Assembly: GCA_963668675.2 (NCBI GenBank)
Contig: CAXXMB010000002.1
Location: 3,104,001-3,168,000 of the forward strand
Direction of reading: 5' to 3'
Origin: an uncultured Desulfatitalea sp.
Lineage (GTDB): Bacteria; Desulfobacterota; Desulfobacteria; Desulfobacterales; Desulfosarcinaceae
DNA: 64,000 nucleotides
A program made the position numbers and the translations under genes. Under the pieces are notes generated by a model, which saw nothing but the letters and a program-made list of their open reading frames with translations, searched no databases and was not told the DNA's origin. Positions 39,592-48,720 of this stretch are shown here, in pieces (the stretch's first letter is position 1; every line of letters begins with the position of its first letter).

Positions 39592-40203
39592 ATGAGCAGC
39601 AGCATGCCCGTCAACGATCCCACTGCAGGCAAGGTTGCCGGCATACGAGAACCGGATCTGCCAAAGATGCCGGATGGGCATTCCTATCCCGAGCACTGTG
39701 AGCTGGGCATCGACCTCCCGGCGGTGGGCCATATCAAGGTGCGTCCCATCCGTGAGGGAGATGTTCCCATGCTCGAAGAGCTGTTTCGCTCGCTCACGCC
39801 GCACTCGGTATATTTGCGGTTTTTCTCTTTTTTCCGCCAGCTGCCGGCCAAGATGCTGGAGCGCTTTACCCGCATCGACTACCAGCATGAAATCGCATTG
39901 ATCGCATTGCGCAAAGAGTGCGGCGAAGAGAAGATGGTGGGCGATGCGCGTGTGGTCGAGACGTCTGATCCGGGCAACGCCGAATTCTCAGTGATGGTCA
40001 GTGATCCCTGGCAAGGCAAGGGGGTCGGTGCCTGTCTGCTGCAGCACTGCCTGGCCATTGCGGGGCAACGCGGCTATCGACGCATCTACGGTATTGTCCT
40101 GGCGGAGAACAAGCAGATGCTGGCGTTGGGCCGAAAGCTCGGGTTCATGGTTAAACACATCCCCGGCAGCACACAGTACGAGCTGTCCAAGGCATTGGAT
40201 TGA
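39592..40203 (+). CDS. GNAT N-acetyltransferase resembling the GNAT domain of Pat/YfiQ protein acetyltransferases
   Basis: 'VRPIR', 'SVYLRFF', 'TRIDY', 'AEFS', acetyl-CoA motif 'WQGKGVG', 'N..MLAL..KLGF'. Confidence 0.85.
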   Translation: MSSSMPVNDPTAGKVAGIREPDLPKMPDGHSYPEHCELGIDLPAVGHIKVRPIREGDVPMLEELFRSLTPHSVYLRFFSFFRQLPAKMLERFTRIDYQHEIALIALRKECGEEKMVGDARVVETSDPGNAEFSVMVSDPWQGKGVGACLLQHCLAIAGQRGYRRIYGIVLAENKQMLALGRKLGFMVKHIPGSTQYELSKALD

Positions 40204-40204
40204 G

Positions 40205-40573
40205 ATGGAAAATGAATACGTGATCCTCGTCGCCGATCGCAACCCGCGCATTCGAACGTTCTTGCAGCGGGAGTTGGAATCCGAGGGCCATCGCGTTTAT
40301 ACGGCGGAGAGTGTCGATCAGCTGAAAAAGTGGTTCCACCGGCCTAGCCGGCTGGATGCCCTGGTGATCGACCCGGATATGCCCGGATTGGGTACCTCGA
40401 CCCATCTGGCCGATCTGCTGGCGATGAGGCCCCAACTGAGCGTCATCTTCCACTGCATGATAAGGGACGGTTTCGCTCTGCGCACCCCCGGGAGGGTGCT
40501 GGCATTCGTGGAGAAGAGCGGGCAGAGTGTCGATATGCTCAAGCATCAGATACGGAATATGAAGGCAGGGTGA
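40205..40573 (+). CDS. Atypical stand-alone receiver domain
   Basis: 'ILVADRN', 'VIDPDMP', 'FVEKS'; ATG at 40205 just after the GNAT stop. Confidence 0.75.
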   Translation: MENEYVILVADRNPRIRTFLQRELESEGHRVYTAESVDQLKKWFHRPSRLDALVIDPDMPGLGTSTHLADLLAMRPQLSVIFHCMIRDGFALRTPGRVLAFVEKSGQSVDMLKHQIRNMKAG

Positions 40574-42333
40574 AAATGTCGATGCGAAATTTATTATTTA
40601 CACCGCCACCCGTTGGTACTTCGGGCGCAGTTTCGGATTTCAGGGCCTACTACCGTCAATTGGAGCGACGATTCATATTGGGATTGCTGTTGGCGTTTCT
40701 GCTGCCGCTGGTGCTTCTCTCCGCTTACTTCCATTACCAATTCCATGTCACCCTCAAAGAGACCGGCAAGCTTAATCTGGCTGCCATTGCCGAAAGCCAG
40801 CGCAATACAGTGGATCTTTTTCTCCAGGAGCGCCTGGTCAATCTCTTCGCCCTGTTCAACAGCAACGCCTTCGAACTGGCGCCGTCCCAAAACAATATGG
40901 AACGACTGCTTCAGCAATTGCAGCGCGCCAGCGACGCCTTTATCGATGTCGGCTTCTTAACCGATCTGGGGGTGCAGTCCGGATATGCCGGTCCGTTTCC
41001 CTCCCTGCACAACAAGGACTACAGTGCTCAGAAGTGGTTTGTGGAGCTGATGTCGCCGGATCATGACCGCTATATCAGCGACATCTATCTTGGTTTCCGC
41101 AACAAGCCTCACTTTACCATTGCCGCCAAGCAAACGATCGACAACCAGGCCTACGTGTTGCGAGCCACCCTAGATCCAGACAAGTTCTATCTCTTTTTGA
41201 AAACCATCAACCACGGCAAGGGGGTCGAATCGATCCTGGTCAACCGGGAGGGGCGCATTCAACTGGCCGATCCCTGGTCCCACGCGCCACTGGATGAGAG
41301 CACCTATCTGCCGCCCGACGATGTCCTCTCCGGAGCGCAAACCATCCGCACCAACGGCGATTCGGTGCTCATCGGCCATGCATGGCTGAAAGAGGTGCCC
41401 TGGGCGTTGCTGGTCAGCGAGCCGCTGAACATCGCCTATGCGCAACTTTACCAGGCGCGCCGGATTATGTTGATCAGCTCCACCGTTATCTTGCTGCTCG
41501 TCGCAGTAGGCATCTGGGTGGCCACGCACGCCCTGATCGCCAAGGCCAGGGAGAATGCCGAGAAGCGGGAGGAGTTGTCGGGTCAACTGCTGCACGCCTC
41601 CAAGCTGGCGTCGCTGGGTGAACTCGCCACCGGAGTGGCCCATGAAATCAACAATCCCCTGGCCATCATCGTGGCCACCACCGGTGTGATCAAGGACATG
41701 TTCAACCCCGAGTTCCATCTGGACTGGACGCCGGAGCAGATTACCGAAGAGCTCAACACGGTGGAGGAGGCCGTATTTAGGGCCAGGCGGATTACCCAGC
41801 AACTGCTCAACTACGGACACAAGACCTCGCCTCAACTGGTGCTGTCGGACGTCAATGCCATTCTGGAAGAGGTCCTGGGGGGTTTCAAGGAGCGGTCGCT
41901 GGAGCTGGCCGATATCGAAGTCATCCGGCAGTTCGATGCCCATTTGCCACACATTCTGGTGGACCATGATCTGATCCGGCAGGTGTTTTTGAACCTGATC
42001 AACAATGCCGGCGACGCCATCGAAGGTCCCGGTCGCATAACGATCGCAACGCATCAAAACAGTGACGCGGTGCATGTTGTTGTGACGGACACCGGTAAAG
42101 GCATGGACGGCGAACAGATGAAGCACATTTTTGATCCGTTTTTTACGACGAAAGAGGTTGGGAAGGGGACCGGACTGGGACTGAGTGTCTCCATCGGCAT
42201 CGTTGAGTCGATGGGCGGCCGTTTGGAGGTGCAGAGTCTACCGGGCGCCGGCAGCGCATTTACAGTGGTGCTGCCCAAAACGGCAAACAAAGGAGCCATC
42301 AATGGGAAATACGATAGCGATGAGCGGCGGTAA
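40570..42333 (+). CDS. Membrane sensor histidine kinase with Cache-like domain (module B)
   Basis: 'YAGP...WF...RNKPHFTIA', H-box 'GVAHEINNPL', 'GTGLGL'. Confidence 0.92.
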   Translation: MKMSMRNLLFTPPPVGTSGAVSDFRAYYRQLERRFILGLLLAFLLPLVLLSAYFHYQFHVTLKETGKLNLAAIAESQRNTVDLFLQERLVNLFALFNSNAFELAPSQNNMERLLQQLQRASDAFIDVGFLTDLGVQSGYAGPFPSLHNKDYSAQKWFVELMSPDHDRYISDIYLGFRNKPHFTIAAKQTIDNQAYVLRATLDPDKFYLFLKTINHGKGVESILVNREGRIQLADPWSHAPLDESTYLPPDDVLSGAQTIRTNGDSVLIGHAWLKEVPWALLVSEPLNIAYAQLYQARRIMLISSTVILLLVAVGIWVATHALIAKARENAEKREELSGQLLHASKLASLGELATGVAHEINNPLAIIVATTGVIKDMFNPEFHLDWTPEQITEELNTVEEAVFRARRITQQLLNYGHKTSPQLVLSDVNAILEEVLGGFKERSLELADIEVIRQFDAHLPHILVDHDLIRQVFLNLINNAGDAIEGPGRITIATHQNSDAVHVVVTDTGKGMDGEQMKHIFDPFFTTKEVGKGTGLGLSVSIGIVESMGGRLEVQSLPGAGSAFTVVLPKTANKGAINGKYDSDERR

Positions 42334-44371
42334 CGGATTGCCGAGCGTACTGCTAATTGACGATGAAAATGAATTTCGCAAGGGATTGGCCCAGCAGCTG
42401 ATTGTTCGAAACTACAAAGTGATTGATGCGGACAACGGAGAGGATGCCATCAAGATCGTGCGTCATGAGAATCCGGAAGTGGTGATCCTGGACCAGAAGA
42501 TGCCGGGTATGGACGGTATTCAGACCTTGAAGGAGATCAAGAAGGTCAGGCCGGAAGTTCAGGTGATCATGCATACCGGCCACGGGACCACCGAATCGGC
42601 CCGTATTACAGGCAAACATGATGTTTTCCGCTATATCGAAAAACCGTGTCCTTTGGACGACCTGATCGATTCCATCCAGGCGGCCGCGGTAGAGCGGGTC
42701 AAAGCGCTGGCACGTCATGAAATCCCAGACATCGAGCGAACCAGTATCAAGCAGTGGCTGATCGGTGCTCACAATGCGAGGCCCGGGATTATCATATTGG
42801 GGGCCATGCTTTTTTTTCTGATCGCGTTGATGCCCATCCCCCACTCTTTGAAAAATCTGATCACGACACCCAAGCAGGGGAGGGCCGGGGAGTCCATTGC
42901 CGGCTATTCAGATTATAAAAAAATGAGACCGGGTGAATCGATCGTAGATTTCTACAGCGCCAAGGCGAAAATATACAATAAAAGCACAAATGCCGAAGGA
43001 AAGAGCGTCAAAGGCCCCGCCACCTATCAGCAGGTGGCGTTGCGAACAAAGGTGATGGTCGGGGTGCTGGTCCTGGCGGCGCTGTTCTGGGCAACAGGTG
43101 CTATTCCCATCGGGGTGACCGCACTGCTGGTCGGGGTACTGATGTACTTTTTTGGGGTTTTCACACCGGGCGATGTGGCCAAGGCATATGCTAAGGACTC
43201 TGTGATCTTTATCTTCAGTGTGCTGGCCTTGGCTGCAGCGATAAGCAAGACCGGCCTCGACCGGCGCATCGGTATTCTGCTGTTGGGAACAAGTACCAAT
43301 TTGGTAAAATTCGGTCTGATTTTTGCCCCGTTGCTATCAGTCACGGCATCTTTTTTGTCCGAGCATGCGCTGGTGGCCTTTATCGCACCCATATTGATGA
43401 TGGTGTACCTTGGCGCGATCAGGGCAGCCGGTCTGGAAAAAGACAAAGCGCTGGTGGTCATGTTGCTGTTGATGCTCACCTTTTGCGGCAATGTGGGCGG
43501 ACCGGGATCACCTGCCGCCGGTGGGCGCAATGCGGTGATGCTCGGTATTTTTGCAGATTATGGTGTGCAGCTCACCTTCGGGCAGTGGGTTGCGCGCGGG
43601 TTGCCCTTTGTGCCGGTGATGTCGTTGACTATCGCCGCCTATTTCCTCATCGTTTGCCGGAAGAAAATCCTATCTCCCAATGTGAACGTGGCTGCCGAAG
43701 TGCGCCGGGAAGCTGAAAAGATCGGAAAGATGACGCCGGATGAATACAAAGCCGCGTTTGTGCTGGTTCTGTTGATTATCATGTGGGCCACGCTATCCGA
43801 TAGCATGGGTATGGGGGGGCCGGCCTTGCTAGCGCTGGTGCTGCTCAACCTGCTGGGCATCCTGCGATGGAAGGATATCAATGGGATCCATTGGGACGTG
43901 GTGGCCCTTTATGCGGCTGCCAGTGCCATGGGGTATGGCTTGGCAGCCTCTGGCGCCGCCCTGTGGCTGGCCTCTGCTTTCGTGAATTTGCTCCCCGACG
44001 CTCTTATGGCGGGGACCGGTTTGTGCATCTCCACAAGCCTGATCACAGGTATTATGACCAATTTTATGAGCGACGGCGCCACTGTGGCCGCCATTGGTCC
44101 GATCACTGTGCCGATGGCCACCCTGTCGGGAACATCTCCGTTGCTGGTCGGCTTGTCGACGGCCTTTGCTTCATCTTTTGCACACATCCTTATTATCGGC
44201 ACCCCTAACAATGCGATCGTTTTCAGTATCGCCAAGGATCCGGAAACGGGTGAACAGCTGATTACCATGAAGGATTTTTTGGTTCATGGGACGATGGTTT
44301 TTCTTCTGAGTATGCTGGTGCTTTGGGTCTGGGTGTTCTGGGGATATTGGCGATGGTTCGGATTTTTTTAA
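42302..44371 (+). CDS. Receiver domain-SLC13/DASS transporter fusion
   Basis: Single frame: REC ('IDDE', 'LDQKMP', 'TGHG', 'KP') then DASS ('TGAIPIG', 'KTGLDRRI', 'NVGG', 'GTPNNAIV'); ATG at 42302 with AAGGAG RBS. Confidence 0.9.
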   Translation: MGNTIAMSGGNGLPSVLLIDDENEFRKGLAQQLIVRNYKVIDADNGEDAIKIVRHENPEVVILDQKMPGMDGIQTLKEIKKVRPEVQVIMHTGHGTTESARITGKHDVFRYIEKPCPLDDLIDSIQAAAVERVKALARHEIPDIERTSIKQWLIGAHNARPGIIILGAMLFFLIALMPIPHSLKNLITTPKQGRAGESIAGYSDYKKMRPGESIVDFYSAKAKIYNKSTNAEGKSVKGPATYQQVALRTKVMVGVLVLAALFWATGAIPIGVTALLVGVLMYFFGVFTPGDVAKAYAKDSVIFIFSVLALAAAISKTGLDRRIGILLLGTSTNLVKFGLIFAPLLSVTASFLSEHALVAFIAPILMMVYLGAIRAAGLEKDKALVVMLLLMLTFCGNVGGPGSPAAGGRNAVMLGIFADYGVQLTFGQWVARGLPFVPVMSLTIAAYFLIVCRKKILSPNVNVAAEVRREAEKIGKMTPDEYKAAFVLVLLIIMWATLSDSMGMGGPALLALVLLNLLGILRWKDINGIHWDVVALYAAASAMGYGLAASGAALWLASAFVNLLPDALMAGTGLCISTSLITGIMTNFMSDGATVAAIGPITVPMATLSGTSPLLVGLSTAFASSFAHILIIGTPNNAIVFSIAKDPETGEQLITMKDFLVHGTMVFLLSMLVLWVWVFWGYWRWFGFF

Positions 44372-44437
44372 CGGTCCCGTCGTCGGTTTTGCAAGGTGAA
44401 TCAATCGTAACTAACCCATCAGAACGGAGAACATACC

Positions 44438-44926
44438 ATGGAAATGAATAAAATCGATTTGTTAATTGTCGATGACGAGGAGCAGTTTTTAAATTCCATC
44501 AGCCGCAGCCTGGAGATGCGGGATTTCAACGTCACTGCCGTCAACCGGGGCGACAAGGCACTCGAGGCTGCCCGGTCTCATCCCATTGATATCGCACTGG
44601 TGGATTTGAAAATGCCTGGTATGGATGGACAGGAGACCCTCGAAGCACTCAAAAAGCAGCACCCCTGGATGGAGATCGTGATCCTCACCGGACACGGCAC
44701 CATCGATTCGGCGGCTGCCTGCACACGGGCAGGGGCCTTTTCCTACCTGCAGAAGCCCTGTGAATTCGATCGCCTGTTGGAGACACTGACTCAGGCCTTT
44801 AAGCAGCGTGTCATGAACAAAAAGCAGATCGAAGAGAAAAAAATGGATTCCATGCTGCGAATTTCAATGGGCCTTTCACCCCGGGAAATTCTCAACAAGC
44901 TGCGCGAGATCGATCAGCGCGAGTAG
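44438..44926 (+). CDS. Stand-alone response regulator receiver with helical tail
   Basis: 'VDDE', 'DLKMPGMDG', 'TGHG', 'KPC'. Confidence 0.92.
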   Translation: MEMNKIDLLIVDDEEQFLNSISRSLEMRDFNVTAVNRGDKALEAARSHPIDIALVDLKMPGMDGQETLEALKKQHPWMEIVILTGHGTIDSAAACTRAGAFSYLQKPCEFDRLLETLTQAFKQRVMNKKQIEEKKMDSMLRISMGLSPREILNKLREIDQRE

Positions 44927-44936
44927 GACAAACACA

Positions 44937-44983
44937 AGGGCACAAAGAGAAAATATTTTTTGACCTGGTTCTCTTTGTGCCCT
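44937..44983. terminator. 15-bp inverted repeat between convergent modules B and C (terminator- or REP-like)
   Basis: AGGGCACAAAGAGAA ... TTCTCTTTGTGCCCT. Confidence 0.55.
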
Positions 44984-45028
44984 CTAAAATCCTAAAGAAA
45001 GGCCGGAAGGCCGCTATCAAGTGGGACA

Positions 45029-45184
45029 CTAAATATTGCCGCCTTTGCGCAGCAGCGATCTGGCCTCGGCCGATCGAATGCGCTCCTCCTGTTCATTCTT
45101 CTTCTTTCGCGCATCCTCCAGCTTGGCTTCGAGTTCTTTGAAATAAGCCGGCTTGAGCAGGTAGTCAAACGCAGCCAATTTTAT
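45029..45184 (-). pseudogene. C-terminal remnant of a receiver gene paralogous to 47014..47460
   Basis: Translates as IKLAAFDYLLKPAYFKELEAKLEDARKKKNEQEERIRSAEARSLLRKGGNI*, versus MKLGAFDYLLKPADFEDLAAKLEGAKKKKDEQEERIRQAEARLLLRKGGNI*; begins at the DASS stop codon. Confidence 0.85.
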
Positions 45185-46770
45185 TACACAAGCCCCAGGA
45201 ATTTCCACCAGACAAAGGCCACGGCTACCAGCATGGTGATCAGGATGGGGGTCGCCACCAGGCCGGCTTTGGTAATATCAGAGGCCTTGAATTGCCTGAA
45301 GCTGTAGGCGATGGCATTGGGCGGACAGCCGATGACCAGCAGCATGGCGAAGGATGTGGCGGTCCCCAGGCAGAGTGCCAGTACAGCCGGGTTGACCCCT
45401 TCAAGCTGTGCCATGGGAATCACGATCGGCAGAATCAATGCCGCTGCTGCCACGTTGGCCATTGCATTGGTCACCAGGGCGCCGAATACTGCCACACCGA
45501 CAAAAAGAAGCAGCCATCCGCCGCCTTTGACCAACGGAAAGAAGATATTGGCGAAGTAGTCGGCTGCGCCCGAGTAGCCCATGGCCAATCCCAGGGAGAT
45601 GCCGCCACCGAAAATGAAAAGCGCGGTTCCCCATTCCAGGTTTTCGTGGATATCGTCCCACTTTAAAATACCGGCCAGGACCAGGGCTGCCACGCCCAAC
45701 ATCCCCGTCACCGAGTAGTCGAGGCCGTGGATGCCCTTGGTCAGCCAGAGCACGAAGGCGAAGCAGATGATCACCAGTGTGATGATCTCCTGGAAGGACC
45801 AGGGCGGCATCTTTTCGTCTAATTTAGGGAGTTCAAGGGTTTTGTCCGGCCGAAACACCAGATAGCAGATCACCACAGACGCCGGTACCGTCACGATGGC
45901 CATGGGCATGGCGTATTTGATCCAGTCCATAAATGTGAGTTCGATTCCGGTGAATTCTTTCAGAAAGGCCGCCGACACCATGCATCGTCCGCCACCGATC
46001 AGCGTACCCATTCCTCCACAGGAGCAGGCGAACGCCAGCGAGATGAGCATAAATCTGGCTGTGTTGGAGTAGGGTTTTATGTCGGCAGCCCGCATCAAGG
46101 GCAGCATGGTGACGATGCCGATGGAGACAGCGGCAGCGTCATGCATGAACATGGAGGCCAACCCGAGACCAGTACTGATGACGAAAGTGAAGCGGACCAC
46201 ATTGCTGCCGGCCTTTTGAACGATAAAATGCCCCAATCGTTTCGTCAGCCCGGCTTTATCCAGGGAGATGGCAAAGATAAGACAGCACATGATAAAGACG
46301 ACAACGGGGTGCATGTAAGGCGCCCAGGCGGTTTTCGCATCAACGATCCCCATGAAGACAAGGGATGCGCCGATGAGGATCGCCGTGATTTCCAGGGGGA
46401 TCGGCTCCGCCAGGAAGAGGAAGATCAGTACGGCCAAAACCGCTAGGAAGCGCATGGCCTTGACAGACAAACCATTGATGTAGTCGACTTGAATGACGCC
46501 ATCCTTGAAGCCCTTGGCCAGATCAAGCAGGTATTGGTCTGGTGCAGATGACGCTGCCGGTTCGCGCACCTCTACACTATAGCTGCTGGAAATAGGCTGT
46601 TCCGCGTCGATCAGACTGTACCGGTCTTTAATGGTTTCGTAAAAGAGCCGGTTATTGTCACCCGAAATTTTGAAGCGGGTACCTTCCGGCCTGGGAAGGA
46701 GCAGGATGATGGCCCCGAGGATACAGGCAAACACAATTTGCATATTTTTGGATTTGGTTACCGATAGCAT
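45184..46770 (-). CDS. SLC13/DASS-family transporter (paralog of 48721..50307)
   Basis: 'AEPIPLEITA', 'KAGLTKRLG', 'LEWG', 'GCPPNAIAY'; ATG at 46770 with AGGAG RBS. Confidence 0.9.
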   Translation of the reverse strand: MLSVTKSKNMQIVFACILGAIILLLPRPEGTRFKISGDNNRLFYETIKDRYSLIDAEQPISSSYSVEVREPAASSAPDQYLLDLAKGFKDGVIQVDYINGLSVKAMRFLAVLAVLIFLFLAEPIPLEITAILIGASLVFMGIVDAKTAWAPYMHPVVVFIMCCLIFAISLDKAGLTKRLGHFIVQKAGSNVVRFTFVISTGLGLASMFMHDAAAVSIGIVTMLPLMRAADIKPYSNTARFMLISLAFACSCGGMGTLIGGGRCMVSAAFLKEFTGIELTFMDWIKYAMPMAIVTVPASVVICYLVFRPDKTLELPKLDEKMPPWSFQEIITLVIICFAFVLWLTKGIHGLDYSVTGMLGVAALVLAGILKWDDIHENLEWGTALFIFGGGISLGLAMGYSGAADYFANIFFPLVKGGGWLLLFVGVAVFGALVTNAMANVAAAALILPIVIPMAQLEGVNPAVLALCLGTATSFAMLLVIGCPPNAIAYSFRQFKASDITKAGLVATPILITMLVAVAFVWWKFLGLV

Positions 46771-47013
46771 CGATCGTTCTCCTAGATGCCACCGACGCAT
46801 GGCTTCAGGCCGCGTGCCGGGAAAGAGTGTTGTTTTAAAAGACGGTGGAAATGGTGTGACGTGTCCCGTCAACTGCCCGGCGGGGAGGGACTATGTGTGG
46901 CTGTTCTTGTCACCCGCAAAAGAGTTCAGTGGTGCGGCCGGCCCACCCCTGTGCTTTACCGTTCAAGGTCAGCAACGGGAATGGGCTTAGGGTTCAACAG
47001 TGTTTGCTCGATG

Positions 47014-47460
47014 TCAGATATTGCCGCCCTTTCGCAGGAGCAATCTCGCTTCGGCCTGGCGAATTCGCTCTTCCTGTTCGTCTTTTTTCTTCTTGGCGCC
47101 CTCGAGTTTGGCGGCCAGATCTTCAAAATCGGCAGGTTTGAGCAGATAGTCGAAGGCGCCCAGCTTCATGCCCTCCACGGCCGTATCGGTGGTGCCGTGT
47201 CCGGTTAGCAGGATCACCTCGACCAGGGGGTACATGCCTTTGATTTCACGAAGGGTCTGAATGCCGTCCATGCCAGGCATTTTGATATCCAAAATCACCA
47301 CATCGATGGGGGATTGGGCCAACGACTCGAGACACTCCTGCCCGCTGTAGGCGGCGGATACATGCTCACCGGCTTCCGACAACCGCATGGAGAGCATCTC
47401 TACAAAATCTTTTTCATCATCAACCAGCAAGATTCTGGTCGGTATCTTAATCATGGTCAT
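47014..47460 (-). CDS. Stand-alone response regulator receiver
   Basis: 'VDDE', 'LDIKMPGMDG', 'TGHG', 'KPA'. Confidence 0.92.
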   Translation of the reverse strand: MTMIKIPTRILLVDDEKDFVEMLSMRLSEAGEHVSAAYSGQECLESLAQSPIDVVILDIKMPGMDGIQTLREIKGMYPLVEVILLTGHGTTDTAVEGMKLGAFDYLLKPADFEDLAAKLEGAKKKKDEQEERIRQAEARLLLRKGGNI

Positions 47461-47512
47461 TGTCTCCTTTGGATGGTGGTCTTCTCTTTCTATCGGATGG
47501 GGAATAATTCTG

Positions 47513-48682
47513 TCACAGCAATCCCTGTTCTGGCTTCATGGGGCTACGGTTGGGAAGGACGACGTTCACGCTCGTTCCCACGCCAATACGACTTTGAACC
47601 TCGATGGTGCCCCCAAGTTTGTCGACGATCTGCCGGGTCACGAAAAGGCCGAGTCCGGTTCCTTCCCCCGGAGGTTTGTCGCTGAAAAAGGGCTCGAAAA
47701 TCTTTTTCATATTCTCCTTGGGGATGCCCTTGCCGGTATCGCTGATGAGGAGCGTTGTGCTCTCCCGATCGGCTTCGATATGAACCGATATCGTGCCTTG
47801 TGAACCGGTTGCGTGGATGGCATTGGTCAGCAGATTAATCAGAATCTGCCGAACCTGATTGGGGTCAATCCAGATGGGAGGAAGATTTTCGCCTGCTGTC
47901 TGTATGAGTTGTATCTCTTTGTTGGCGGCTTCTTTGCGGACGAGGTGAAGCGTCTCTTGGGCCAGCTCTTTCAGATCAACTTCGGCGACGACAGGCTCGT
48001 GCTTGCGGACACTGCCCAGCAATTGATGGGTGATGGCTCTGGCGCGTTTCACGGCATTACTGATTTTTCCAACGGCCTTTTCGAAATCACTCCGGCGAGG
48101 CATACCGGCCAGCTCCTCCTTTTTGAGCAGCAGATCCAGATAACCGGCAGCTTCGTTGATGATCGCCAGCGGATTGTTAATCTCGTGGGCCACACCGGCT
48201 GCCAGCGTGCCCAGGGAGGCCAACCGCTCCGTGGCAATCATCTGCTGCTCGATTCTGGCCTTGTAGGCCGCCTCCTGCCGGCGCTCCTCATCCCTGATTT
48301 GTTTTTCGTACGCCTGTTTGATCTTCTCCAGCAGATGCTCGAATTCGATGGGCTTGCTGAGGTAGTCGAACGCGCCCGATTTGATGCCCTCCACACCGTC
48401 CTGAGTGGTCGAGTGGCCTGTGAGGAAGATCACTTCGGTTTGAGGCCACTCCGATTTTATTCGTTTGAGGGCTTCGATGCCGTCAAGGCCGGGCATTTTC
48501 ATGTCCAACACCACAACATCCACCGGTTCGGCCTTCATCATGGCGAGACCCTCCTCGCCACTGCCGGCCTGGCGAGCCGTCAGCCCTCTTTTCCCCAGGC
48601 GTTTGAACAACGTGTGGCGAAAATGGTCCTCGTCATCGATGAGGAGCAGGCGGATGTTATGGAGGTGTTCCGCTGTCATCAT
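47513..48682 (-). CDS. Cytoplasmic REC-histidine kinase without a sensor domain
   Basis: N-terminal REC ('LDMKMP', 'TGH', 'KP'), coiled coil, H-box 'GVAHEINNPL', HATPase; no TM. Confidence 0.9.
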   Translation of the reverse strand: MMTAEHLHNIRLLLIDDEDHFRHTLFKRLGKRGLTARQAGSGEEGLAMMKAEPVDVVVLDMKMPGLDGIEALKRIKSEWPQTEVIFLTGHSTTQDGVEGIKSGAFDYLSKPIEFEHLLEKIKQAYEKQIRDEERRQEAAYKARIEQQMIATERLASLGTLAAGVAHEINNPLAIINEAAGYLDLLLKKEELAGMPRRSDFEKAVGKISNAVKRARAITHQLLGSVRKHEPVVAEVDLKELAQETLHLVRKEAANKEIQLIQTAGENLPPIWIDPNQVRQILINLLTNAIHATGSQGTISVHIEADRESTTLLISDTGKGIPKENMKKIFEPFFSDKPPGEGTGLGLFVTRQIVDKLGGTIEVQSRIGVGTSVNVVLPNRSPMKPEQGLL

Positions 48683-48720
48683 AAAACTCCGCTATGCACG
48701 ATATTTTCGTTGGGCACCCG

